Assembly: GCA_040881785.1 (NCBI GenBank)
Contig: JBBECO010000271.1
Span: 1 to 54,810 of the forward strand
Direction of reading: 5' to 3'
Length of the DNA: 54,810 bases
Source of the DNA: Vicinamibacterales bacterium
GTDB lineage: Bacteria; Acidobacteriota; Vicinamibacteria; Vicinamibacterales; 2-12-FULL-66-21
Translations under genes and position numbers: made by a program
Shown here: positions 1-8,073 of the stretch, in pieces
How the letters are laid out: every line of letters starts with the position of its first letter
How positions within the stretch are numbered: the stretch's first letter is position 1
Notes under the pieces: generated by a model
What the model was told of the DNA's origin: nothing
What the model saw: only the letters and a program-made list of their open reading frames with translations
Databases searched by the model: none

Positions 1-53
1 GCACCTGACTGGGGGTCAGGGGGTCGCTGGTTCGAATCCAGTCGCCCCGACCA
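1..53 (+). tRNA. 3' portion of a class II (long variable arm) tRNA; identity undetermined (Leu/Tyr/Ser type)
   Basis: GGTTCGAATCC T-arm/loop at 29-39. CTGAC-TGGGG-GTCAG stem-loop at 5-19 fits a long variable arm. The 7-nt acceptor 3' strand is followed by A-CCA ending at 53. The 5' half and anticodon lie outside the window. Confidence 0.6.
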
Positions 54-67
54 ATTCGAGAAGGATG

Positions 68-105
68 AACGGGTGAGCCGGGCACGGCTCACCCGTTTTG
101 TTCTT
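68..105 (+). terminator. Intrinsic terminator downstream of the partial tRNA
   Basis: 12-bp perfect stem AACGGGTGAGCC / GGCTCACCCGTT (68-79 / 86-97) with a 6-nt loop, followed by TTTTGTTCTT. Confidence 0.7.
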
Positions 106-116
106 ATAGGGGGAGC

Positions 117-1010
117 ATGCCTTCCGGCTGGCGACGACGGCCCCGTGGTTTGCCCATCTGCGTGCTGCTCAGCCTGCCATTCTCGGTTGCCGGACTCTCG
201 TCGCAAGGCCCCGATACTTCCACACGTGCGGTCGTCACGGCGGTGGCGCAGTACGTCAGCGACTATCAGCGCGATCTGACGTCGATCCTGGCGGACGAAT
301 CCTACACACAGGACGTCGTCTCGCGGATGCCGAGAGACTCGACCGCCCCTCGAAGCCGCCGCATGGCCAGTGAAGTGTTCTTCATGTTCATGCCCGGGAC
401 GCGTGACTGGATGGCGATCCGGGACGTGATCGCGGTGGACGGCCTACCGGTTGAGGACCGCCCGGACATCAGGCAGGCGCTCGACGATCTGTCATCCACC
501 GAAGTGGCCGCCACACTGAAGCGGCAGAACTCCAGGTTCAACATCGGCCGCATCCTCCGGAATTTCAGCGAGCCGACGCTCAGCCTGCTCGTCTTCGACG
601 CCAACCACCGCGAACGCTTCTCGTTCGCGCGCAAGCGGGTCCGCAGGGAGGGGAATGCCGTCCTGGTGACGCTCGCGTTCACCGAGCGAGAATCGCCGTC
701 GCTGATCACCGATCCGCTGCGCGGCCGGATCCTCTCGACGGGAGAGGTCATCGTCGAGGCGGGGATCGGGCGGGTGCGCCGGACGGTCCTGCGGGCCAAC
801 TCCGGCGAGATCAAGGTCGAACTGACAACGGACTACACGCGCGACGAGAAACTCGCTCTGTGGGTGCCCGCCGTGTTCCGTGAAAGCTACGAACGCGGCA
901 CGCCGCCCAGGCGCATCGAGGCCGATACCGAATACGCGCACGTCGTAGTCGTATGCGAGGCGCGCTACAGCAATTTCCGCCGATTTCAGACGAGCGCCCG
1001 GATCAAGTAA
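117..1010 (+). CDS. Hypothetical exported protein (no family recognised)
   Basis: 297-aa ORF with a hydrophobic N-terminal segment (LPICVLLSLPFSVAG). TATAGG lies 6 nt upstream of the ATG. The antisense ORFs at 302-814 and 492-941 are rejected. Confidence 0.6.
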   Translation: MPSGWRRRPRGLPICVLLSLPFSVAGLSSQGPDTSTRAVVTAVAQYVSDYQRDLTSILADESYTQDVVSRMPRDSTAPRSRRMASEVFFMFMPGTRDWMAIRDVIAVDGLPVEDRPDIRQALDDLSSTEVAATLKRQNSRFNIGRILRNFSEPTLSLLVFDANHRERFSFARKRVRREGNAVLVTLAFTERESPSLITDPLRGRILSTGEVIVEAGIGRVRRTVLRANSGEIKVELTTDYTRDEKLALWVPAVFRESYERGTPPRRIEADTEYAHVVVVCEARYSNFRRFQTSARIK

Positions 1011-1049
1011 CGGCCTCGGCCGTCTCGATCGCAGGCCCGGCGGCCGCGC

Positions 1050-1271
1050 TCAGTTGCAGCCGCAGCGGCCGCCGCGGGCGCCGCACATCGCGGCCGGGGC
1101 GGCGCAGTCCTCCGCGCCGGCCGGCCCGCTGGCGCCGACCATCCCGGGTGTGGACAACAGCTTGAGCAGGTTCGCGCCGCCGCAGGACGGGCACGCCGGC
1201 TTCCGGTCCGCGGTGACGAACAGCTCGAAGGGCCGGTCGCAATCGCGGCACTGATATTCGAAAATGGGCAT
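1050..1271 (-). CDS. FmdB-family (CxxC_CxxC_SSSS) zinc-ribbon protein
   Basis: MPIFEYQCRDCDRPFE...CPSCGG is the typical N-terminal double-CxxC zinc ribbon of this family. The tail is Cys/Gly-rich. TACACT lies 6 nt upstream of the ATG. Confidence 0.8.
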   Translation of the reverse strand: MPIFEYQCRDCDRPFELFVTADRKPACPSCGGANLLKLLSTPGMVGASGPAGAEDCAAPAAMCGARGGRCGCN

Positions 1272-1358
1272 GGCTTCAGTGTAGCTCGTCTACAATCCGG
1301 CATACCCCTGGAGACCTTCGCCCGCGAACTCGAGTCGCGCGATACCCCGGCACCTGAG

Positions 1359-1607
1359 ATGGCAGGGGAGATCTGTGCGTGCATCTCCCGCCTCGCCGAC
1401 ACGCTCAAACCGGAATACGCGGACGCCCTGAAGTCAGTCGAAGTGGACGGCGTGCCGGTGAAGACCTACGCGGAGCGGAAGGGGCTCTCGGCGAGCAACG
1501 CCGGCGTCCGCGTGTTCCGCGCCCGCGAGGCACTCCGCAAGCGTGTCGTGCAGTCGTGCGGCACGTGTGCGGAACACGGCTGCGTGAACTGCACGTGCCA
1601 GGGGTAG
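1359..1607 (+). CDS. Sigma-70 region 4-like fragment with a Cys-rich C-terminal tail; probably a 5'-truncated ECF sigma remnant
   Basis: 82 aa. EYADALKSVEVDGVPVKTYAERKGLSASNAGVRVFRAREALRKRV resembles a region 4 HTH. The tail is SCGTCAEHGCVNCTCQG. No region 2 is present, and only 87 nt separate it from the divergent FmdB gene. Confidence 0.45.
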   Translation: MAGEICACISRLADTLKPEYADALKSVEVDGVPVKTYAERKGLSASNAGVRVFRAREALRKRVVQSCGTCAEHGCVNCTCQG

Positions 1608-1677
1608 GGTCCGGACGGTCCGAGGGTCCCTGGGACCTTTCGGACTATCCGGACCCTCCGGTCCTTTCGGACCTCTG

Positions 1678-2856
1678 TTACTTCTTGCCCACCGTCAGCT
1701 GGTTGACGACGCGCTTCACACCTTCGGTGTCGCGCGCGATCTTCTCGGCTTCCGTCTTCTGCTGGGCGGTCTCGACGGACCCGGTCAGCGTCACCACGCC
1801 GTTGCGTGTGTCGACGTCGATCCGGTGGCCCTTGACGTCCGCATCCAGGAAGTACTTGGCCTGGACCTTCGTCGTCAGCCACGCATCGGGCCGCTCGACC
1901 TCTGCGATGGCGCGTTCCGCCTGGCGCGCGGCCCCCTGCATGCCGCTGCGCGCCGATTCCGTCAGGCTCGGGTCTGCGGTCTTGTCGATCGTGAGCCGGT
2001 CGGTCACGTCCCGCACGCCGTTGGTGTTCCGCGCGAGCGCGAGCGCCTGACGCCGCTCCGCCTCAGTGGCGACCGTGCCGTTCAGCGTGACATGCCCGTC
2101 GTTGGTATCGACGTCGATGTTGCGGGCCTTCACTTCGTCATCGATGAAGTACTTGGCCTGGATCTTCGCCGTGACCCATCCGTCCGGCGTATCCATGCCC
2201 GTCCTGGCGGCCGGCCTGTCGGCGCGGCGTTCCGTTTCGCCCTCCTCGGCCTGAAGGCGCAGCCGATCCTCGACCCGCGTCACACCTTCGGTCTCACGGG
2301 CGATTCTGACGGCCTCGGTCTTGTCGTTGGCTTCCTCGACGACCCCTTCCAGGATCACGACGCCGTCGCTGTTGGTCGTGACGTCGATGTTCCACGGCTT
2401 GATCTCCGGGTTGACGAAGTACTGCGCCTGGATCTTCGTGGTGATCCATCCGGGCGTCCGGCCGTCTTCGCGGCCGGCGGTGCCGACGGTATCGGCGCTG
2501 CCGGGCCTCGATTCGGCTGTGGTGGCGCCTACTCGAAGCTCGTCGTTGACGGCGGTCACGCCCTCAACGCTTCTGGCGAGCGCGACGGCCTGCTGCCGCG
2601 CCTGTTCTGTTTCAACGACGCCGCGCAGCGTCACGGCTCCGCCGTTTGCGTCGACGGCAATGCTCCGGCCCCGCACGGAGTCATCGTCGTAGTACTTCGC
2701 CTGAACGGCGGTCTCGATCCAGGAATCGTCCCGCTGAACTGACGTCTGCTGGGCTGGCGTGTCCGTCTGTGTGACAGTCGGTTCCTCCCGATTGCATCCC
2801 GCGACACCTGCCGCCAGCGTCGCGATGGCGAGCCACTGAAATCCTCGAATAAACAC
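1678..2856 (-). CDS. Multi-BON-domain lipoprotein (OsmY-like)
   Basis: Five repeats of the BON pattern (V.AKY...V....I.VD...G.VTL.G.V....Q...A..IAR...GV..V.N.L). Lipobox-like LAAGVAGC. GTG start at 2856 lies 7 nt after AGGAGG. The ORF-track start at 2898 is probably too long. Confidence 0.85.
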   Translation of the reverse strand: MFIRGFQWLAIATLAAGVAGCNREEPTVTQTDTPAQQTSVQRDDSWIETAVQAKYYDDDSVRGRSIAVDANGGAVTLRGVVETEQARQQAVALARSVEGVTAVNDELRVGATTAESRPGSADTVGTAGREDGRTPGWITTKIQAQYFVNPEIKPWNIDVTTNSDGVVILEGVVEEANDKTEAVRIARETEGVTRVEDRLRLQAEEGETERRADRPAARTGMDTPDGWVTAKIQAKYFIDDEVKARNIDVDTNDGHVTLNGTVATEAERRQALALARNTNGVRDVTDRLTIDKTADPSLTESARSGMQGAARQAERAIAEVERPDAWLTTKVQAKYFLDADVKGHRIDVDTRNGVVTLTGSVETAQQKTEAEKIARDTEGVKRVVNQLTVGKK

Positions 2857-2948
2857 TGATTCACCTCCTTCGGTTCCGACAAACCATGACCTTTGCAAAG
2901 ATGACGCCCACCGCGGCGCGCACGGGCGCGGGCGGGAAGGCCTCTATA

Positions 2949-4571
2949 ATGGAGAGCTTGACATCCCCCGAATCCGCCACCGACATCGCTCACGCGGCCG
3001 ACGTCCAGCGCGAAGCCGAACGCCGGCGCACGTTCGCGATCATCGCGCATCCCGACGCCGGTAAGACGACGCTCACCGAGAAGCTGCTGCTGTACGGCGG
3101 CGCGATCGAGATCGCCGGCGCGGTCCGCGGACGCAAGACGCAGCGCGCGGTCACCTCCGACTGGATGGAGATCGAGCGCACCCGCGGGATCTCCGTCACC
3201 TCGTCGGCCCTCCAGTTCGAGTACGGCGGCTGCGTCATCAACCTCCTCGACACCCCGGGGCACGAGGACTTCAGCGAAGACACCTATCGCACGCTCATGG
3301 CCGTGGACTGCGCCGTCATGGTCCTCGACGCCGCCAAGGGAGTCGAGGCGCAGACACGGCGCCTCTTCGAGGTCTGCCGGCTTCGGCAGACGCCGATCCT
3401 GACGTTCATCAACAAATTCGATCAGCCCGGCCGCGCGCCGCTCGAGCTGCTCGACGAGATCGAGCGCACGCTGTCGATTCCCGCGATCCCGCACAACTGG
3501 CCGATCGGCACCGGGCCGACCTTCCAGGGGGTGTACGACCACCGCACGCACCGCGTCCTGCGCTTCGAGCGCTCGTCGAAAGGACGCCGGGCGCCGATGG
3601 TCGAGATGCCCCTCGAGAGCGAGGCGCTGCGCCAGATGCTCGGTGACACGGCCGCCTCCGAGCTGCGCGAGGACGTCGCGCTCCTCCAAGGCACGCTGCC
3701 GCCCCCCGACGTCGCCGCCTTTCTGGCCGGACGCCAGACTCCCGTCTTCTTCGGGAGCGCGCTGCACGACGTCGGCGTCGAGCCGTTCCTCGAAGCGCTC
3801 GTGCATCTGGCGCCGCCGCCCCAGGAGATGGAGACGGTCGATGGACGGCTGATTCCGCCCGCCGCGCCGTTCTCCGCCTTTGTCTTCAAGATCCAGGCGA
3901 ACATGGACCGGCAGCACCGCGACCGCATGGCGTTCCTCCGGATCTGCTCCGGCCGGTTCACGAAGGACATGATCGTGCACCACGCGCGGCTCGAGCGCGA
4001 GCTGCGCATGACCCGATCGCATCGGCTCTTCGGCCGCGATCGCGAGACCGTCGAGAGCGCGTACCCCGGCGATGTCGTCGGCGTGATCAACCCGGGGTTG
4101 TTCCTGATCGGCGACACGTTGTCGGAGGTGCCCGGCATCGCCTATCCGCCGATGCCCGCCTTCCAGCCGTCGGAGTTCGCGCGACTGCGCTGCGTCGATG
4201 TCGCGCGGCGAAAACAGTTCGACCGCGGCCTGGCACAGCTGCAGGAGGAAGGCGTCATCCGCGTCTTCACGGCGGTGTCGGGGAGCCGGGACCCGATCCT
4301 CGCCGCCGCCGGCGCCCTGCAGTTCAACATCGTCGAGAGCCGCCTGCAGAACGAGTACGGCGTGCGCGCCGAGGTTGCCACACTGCCGCACCGCGCCGCG
4401 CGCTGGGCGGGCGCCACGAAAATCGAGTCGCGCTGGCTGGCACAGTTGCCCGCGAGCACCATCGTCTGCCTCGACGCGGACGACCGCCACGTGCTGCTGT
4501 TCGAAGGGGAGTGGGAGCTGCGCTTCGCGGAAGAGCGCGTCCCCGAGCTCCAGCTCGAAAGCCTCGCGTAA
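2949..4571 (+). CDS. prfC: Peptide chain release factor 3 (GTPase)
   Basis: RRTFAIIAHPDAGKTTLTEKLL, DTPGHEDF and NKFD GTPase motifs, with RF3-like sequence throughout. The start is uncertain: in-frame ATGs at 2886, 2901 and 2949. 2949 gives the N-terminal length closest to known RF3. Confidence 0.9.
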   Translation: MESLTSPESATDIAHAADVQREAERRRTFAIIAHPDAGKTTLTEKLLLYGGAIEIAGAVRGRKTQRAVTSDWMEIERTRGISVTSSALQFEYGGCVINLLDTPGHEDFSEDTYRTLMAVDCAVMVLDAAKGVEAQTRRLFEVCRLRQTPILTFINKFDQPGRAPLELLDEIERTLSIPAIPHNWPIGTGPTFQGVYDHRTHRVLRFERSSKGRRAPMVEMPLESEALRQMLGDTAASELREDVALLQGTLPPPDVAAFLAGRQTPVFFGSALHDVGVEPFLEALVHLAPPPQEMETVDGRLIPPAAPFSAFVFKIQANMDRQHRDRMAFLRICSGRFTKDMIVHHARLERELRMTRSHRLFGRDRETVESAYPGDVVGVINPGLFLIGDTLSEVPGIAYPPMPAFQPSEFARLRCVDVARRKQFDRGLAQLQEEGVIRVFTAVSGSRDPILAAAGALQFNIVESRLQNEYGVRAEVATLPHRAARWAGATKIESRWLAQLPASTIVCLDADDRHVLLFEGEWELRFAEERVPELQLESLA

Positions 4572-4607
4572 CACCCACCTTCAGGTCGGGCGATTGGCGT
4601 CCGGCCG

Positions 4608-4613
4608 TATAAT
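4608..4613 (+). promoter_or_regulatory. Candidate -10 box (TATAAT), 7 nt upstream of the ATG at 4621
   Basis: Perfect TATAAT in a GC-rich context. No Shine-Dalgarno between it and the ATG. No convincing -35 was seen. Confidence 0.4.
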
Positions 4614-4620
4614 CCCGCCG

Positions 4621-6276
4621 ATGAAGCTGGCGCCCTGGATGCTCATGGCCCTTCTCGCCGCCCCGCAGCAGCAAACGGCTCCGCCGCGCGACGCTGCCGG
4701 CCCACTGCAGGCGCCGGCCACCGCCATCGTCCGCGGCCGGATCACCGCGGCCGTCAACGACCGTCCGCTTCACCGGGTCCGCGTCACTCTTGACGGCGGG
4801 ATTCCAAACGCTCCGTCTGCCGTCACCGATACGCGGGGTGAGTTCGAAATCAGCGACGTCCCCGCGGGTGCCTACCGGCTGACGGCGACCCGAGCCGGGT
4901 ATCTCACCATTCAGTACGGCCAGCGCCGACCGCGCGAGGCCGGGCGTACGATTGAGGTCGAGGCCGGAGCGGTCATCGAAGGGCTGGTGATGGCGTTGCC
5001 GCGCGGTGCTGTGCTCGCCGGCCGCATCACCGATGAACTGGGCGAACCGGCTCCCGCTGTCACCGTCGAGGCGCTCGAGTATCGGTACATTCGCGGTCGC
5101 CGCGTGCTCGTGCCCGCCCGCATCACCCGGACGAACGACGCCGGCGACTACCGGCTGAGCGGTCTCGAACCCGGGACCTTCCAACTCCGCGCCCGAAGCC
5201 GGGAGATCTGGGAATCCGACGACGGAGAGACGACGCACGTCTACGCGATGACCTATTTCCCCGGTGTGCCCGTGGTCGAGCGTCCGCAGACAGTCGACGT
5301 GAAGGTCGGGCAGGAAGTCGGCGGTCTCGATTTCCCGCTGCTGCCCGCCCACGCCGCTCGGATCACCGGCATCGTGGAGGATGCCACCGGGCAGCCGCTC
5401 GCCGATCAGCAGGTACATCTTTCGGAGCTTACGCGCACCATCGGCGGCCGCATTCTGTCGAGCGGGCAGGGGGCGAGCCCGGTAACGACCGACGCGCGCG
5501 GCGCCTTCGAGTTCTCCCGTATGCCGTCGGGCGAGTACATCGTGTCATCCGGCGGGCCTGACGACAGGGCGAGCGCGACGATCATCCTCGAGGAAGGTGC
5601 CGTCGAACACGTGGTGCTCAGTCCGAAAGCGCAAGCGCGGGTCTCCGGCATCGTTACGACCGACGACGGCCAGCCGCCGCCGTTTCTCGCCTCACGCATT
5701 CGTCTCCTGGCAGTCTCGGCCGACCCTCGGAAGGTGCTGCCCGGCTGGGGAGAAGGCTCCGGAGACACGGTCCGGGCCGATTGGTCCTTCAACCTGGTGA
5801 ATCTCGAGGGCCCATATCTGTTCCGGCTCATGAATCTGCCGGACGGCTGGATGGTTTCGACGGTCCGGGCCGGCGGTCGCGACATCACGGACACGCCGCT
5901 TTCCATCTCGCACGGCAGCGTCGTCAGCGGTCTGGAGATCGTCATGTCCCGCAAGGGCGGCCGCATCAGCGGCGCAGTCGTGACCGCCGCCAGCGCCCCG
6001 GCGCCCGATGCGACCGTTGTTGCCTTCGCGGAGCAGCCGGCGCACTGGATCCCGGGCTCGCGGTTCGTCCGTGCCACGCGGCCCGACAACGAGGGCCGCT
6101 TCTCACTCGCAGGACTTCCCGCGGGCGCGTACCGCCTGATCGCGCGGGACCTCGTGATGGACGGCCAGTGGGACGACCCCGAATTCCTCCGGAGCCTGCT
6201 GCAGGAGTCGGTCCGCGTCGACCTCGCAGCGTCCGGGATGGAAACGGTCAGACTCACTATGGGGGAAGGCCGGTGA
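4621..6276 (+). CDS. Secreted CarboxypepD_reg-like (Ig-like beta-sandwich repeat) protein, paralogue 1
   Basis: Signal peptide MKLAPWMLMALLAAP. Repeated modules of the type I(V)RGR(I/V)T......P......V.L. Clear paralogy to the next gene. The ORF-track start at 4198 overlaps prfC and is rejected. Confidence 0.75.
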   Translation: MKLAPWMLMALLAAPQQQTAPPRDAAGPLQAPATAIVRGRITAAVNDRPLHRVRVTLDGGIPNAPSAVTDTRGEFEISDVPAGAYRLTATRAGYLTIQYGQRRPREAGRTIEVEAGAVIEGLVMALPRGAVLAGRITDELGEPAPAVTVEALEYRYIRGRRVLVPARITRTNDAGDYRLSGLEPGTFQLRARSREIWESDDGETTHVYAMTYFPGVPVVERPQTVDVKVGQEVGGLDFPLLPAHAARITGIVEDATGQPLADQQVHLSELTRTIGGRILSSGQGASPVTTDARGAFEFSRMPSGEYIVSSGGPDDRASATIILEEGAVEHVVLSPKAQARVSGIVTTDDGQPPPFLASRIRLLAVSADPRKVLPGWGEGSGDTVRADWSFNLVNLEGPYLFRLMNLPDGWMVSTVRAGGRDITDTPLSISHGSVVSGLEIVMSRKGGRISGAVVTAASAPAPDATVVAFAEQPAHWIPGSRFVRATRPDNEGRFSLAGLPAGAYRLIARDLVMDGQWDDPEFLRSLLQESVRVDLAASGMETVRLTMGEGR

Positions 6277-6281
6277 TCGCG

Positions 6282-7913
6282 ATGCGCCTGGCAATCGCCT
6301 GCGCACTTCTCGTCCTTCCCACGGCGCCCCGGGCAGACCAGGCACCCGGACGTCCTGCGCAGGCACAGAACGCTGAGGACACCGCTGGCGTCATCCGCGG
6401 AATCGTGACCGACGCCGCGACTGGCAAGCCACTTCGGCGCGCCAGGATTCGGGTGTTCCCGGATGGTCCGGACTTCAGAGTGCGCCAGATCGTGGCCAAC
6501 ACCAACTCACGCGGTCAGTTCGAAGTCAAAGACGTCCCGCCCGGCTTCTACCTCGTGTCTGGCGCCCGCGCCGGGTACATCGATATGCAGTACGGTCAGC
6601 GTCGTCCGCAGGAACGCGGCGTCGCCGTGGAGGTGCGGGGCGGGCAGACCGTCGAGCGCATCGACCTCGCGCTGCCGCGCGGAGGCATCCTCGCGGGACG
6701 GGTCACCGATGATCTTGGCGAAGCTTATCCGGGCGTGCGCGTGGATGCCCTCGGCACACGGTACGACCGCGGGAAGCGGCAGATGTTCCCGGCGGGTACG
6801 GCAACGACCGACGACCTCGGCCAGTTCCGCTTGAGCGGCCTGCAGCCGGGAAGCTACTACGTCGCGGCGACGTCCACTGAGACGTGGCGCAACGAGAAGA
6901 AAGAGACGATCGGATACGCGTCCACCTATTACCCGGGCGGGCCGCTGGACCAGGCTCAATTGATCACGCTCGCGCCCTCGGAACACAAGGGAGAGCTGCA
7001 CCTGAGCCTGCACGCCGGCCGCGCCGCCCGCATCTCCGGCCGCGTCGTGCGGGCGTCCGGCGAACCGGTGCCCGGCGCCGGCGTCAGCATGGCTTACAGC
7101 TATCCCGGTGTGATCATGGTGGCGGGCATGCGGTCCGTCCGCGCGGGAGGCGACGGCACCTTCGCGATCAAGGACGTCCCCGGCGGCGTCTACAACATCT
7201 CGTCAGGCGGCGACAGCGCGATCCTCACGGTCACGGGCGCTGATGTGAACGACGTGGTGCTGACGCAGCGCGTGGGCAGCACGGTGAAGGGAGTCGTGCT
7301 GACCGACGAGGCTACGCCGCCGCCGTTCCCGACATCCGGCGTCCGCGTGTTCATCGACACGCCAGGCGGAAAAGTGCTGCCGACGGTCAGGGTCGTCGAC
7401 GTGGCCGCCGACTGGACGTTCAGGATGCAGAGCCTCGGCGGCCCGTTCCTGTTCCGCATGACGGGGCTTCCGGACGACTGGATGCTCGCGCACGCGGAAC
7501 TGGACGAGAAGAACGTCAGCGACGAGCCGTGGGACGTGCCGACCGGCGGGCGCGAGTTCAGCGGCCTGAAGATGGTGCTGACGCGAAAGATCGGACGCTT
7601 CACCGGCACGGTGGTCGATGCCGATGGCCGCGCGACGTCCGCGGCGACGGTCGTGCTCTTCCCGGACGACGACGCGACGTGGATGCCGGCCTCGCGTCTG
7701 ATCCGTTCGACGCGACCGGGGAGTGACGGGCGTTTCTCGATCTCGCAACTGCCGGCGGGCACGTACCGCGCCGCGGCGCTGGAGTTCGTCGAGAACGGGC
7801 AGTGGGAGGATCCGGCATTTCTGTCGACGCTGCGCGACACGGCAGAACGGTTCGTCCTCACAGGGGGTGGGTCGCAGGTCCTCACGCTGAAGCTGCCGGC
7901 ACCTTCTCGGTAA
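6282..7913 (+). CDS. Secreted CarboxypepD_reg-like protein, paralogue 2
   Basis: Signal peptide MRLAIACALLVLPTAP. Collinear similarity to 4621-6276 (for example GYIDMQYGQRRPQERG... versus GYLTIQYGQRRPREAG...). It starts 5 nt after the upstream stop. The ORF-track start at 5781 is rejected. Confidence 0.75.
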   Translation: MRLAIACALLVLPTAPRADQAPGRPAQAQNAEDTAGVIRGIVTDAATGKPLRRARIRVFPDGPDFRVRQIVANTNSRGQFEVKDVPPGFYLVSGARAGYIDMQYGQRRPQERGVAVEVRGGQTVERIDLALPRGGILAGRVTDDLGEAYPGVRVDALGTRYDRGKRQMFPAGTATTDDLGQFRLSGLQPGSYYVAATSTETWRNEKKETIGYASTYYPGGPLDQAQLITLAPSEHKGELHLSLHAGRAARISGRVVRASGEPVPGAGVSMAYSYPGVIMVAGMRSVRAGGDGTFAIKDVPGGVYNISSGGDSAILTVTGADVNDVVLTQRVGSTVKGVVLTDEATPPPFPTSGVRVFIDTPGGKVLPTVRVVDVAADWTFRMQSLGGPFLFRMTGLPDDWMLAHAELDEKNVSDEPWDVPTGGREFSGLKMVLTRKIGRFTGTVVDADGRATSAATVVLFPDDDATWMPASRLIRSTRPGSDGRFSISQLPAGTYRAAALEFVENGQWEDPAFLSTLRDTAERFVLTGGGSQVLTLKLPAPSR

Positions 7914-7984
7914 CCTGCCGCAACCCTCGTGGGGAGAGGCCGCCTTCACGTCGGGCGCACGAGCACGCCGGTCCCAACCTGAAA

Positions 7985-8073
7985 ACGCCCGACCTGACAA
8001 ACGCCCGACCTGAAGGTCGGGCCTACGAGAAGCGCGCCTGTTCCACCGTGTAGGCCCAACCTTCAGGTCGGGC
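7985..8073. repeat. REP-like hairpin cluster (ACGCCCGACCTGAAGGTCGGGCCTAC family): one partial and two full copies, the full copies in inverted orientation
   Basis: Partial copy at 7985-7997. Full copy at 8001-8027 (stem GCCCGACC / GGTCGGGC, loop TGAA). Inverted copy at 8047-8073. Related copies at 4574-4592 and 14827-14853. Confidence 0.8.

Noticed and set aside
73-279. 68-aa GTG-start ORF at the window start.
   Set aside because: It starts inside the terminator hairpin that follows the tRNA and overlaps, in a different frame, the longer 117-1010 ORF.
2945-2950. Perfect TATAAT upstream of or within the prfC start region, as a promoter.
   Set aside because: It overlaps the candidate ATG at 2949. 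A TSS about 7 nt downstream would leave only an in-frame TTG (2958) as a start. The three candidate prfC starts cannot be resolved from sequence alone, so no promoter is called.
2631-4574. 647-aa ORF antisense to prfC. Similar long antisense or alternative-frame ORFs occur at 9469-11874, 12444-13916, 14963-16216, 20901-22385, 21850-23694, 27206-28798, 28522-29823, 36887-39040, 39854-41383, 41143-43428, 45839-47005 and 48130-49755.
   Set aside because: Each lies opposite or out of frame to a gene with unambiguous conserved motifs. Their translations are Arg/Ala/Gly/Pro-rich and low in complexity, with no recognisable motifs. This is the expected stop-codon-poor artefact of GC-rich DNA.
4198-4620. 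N-terminal extensions of the CarboxypepD_reg genes (ORF-track starts at 4198 and 5781). Analogous extensions occur at 30328, 31353, 33992, 44962, 45797, 47008, 50010 and 51728.
   Set aside because: The extensions overlap the preceding conserved genes in another frame and are low-complexity. Signal peptides or family-typical N-termini begin at the internal starts used in the feature table.
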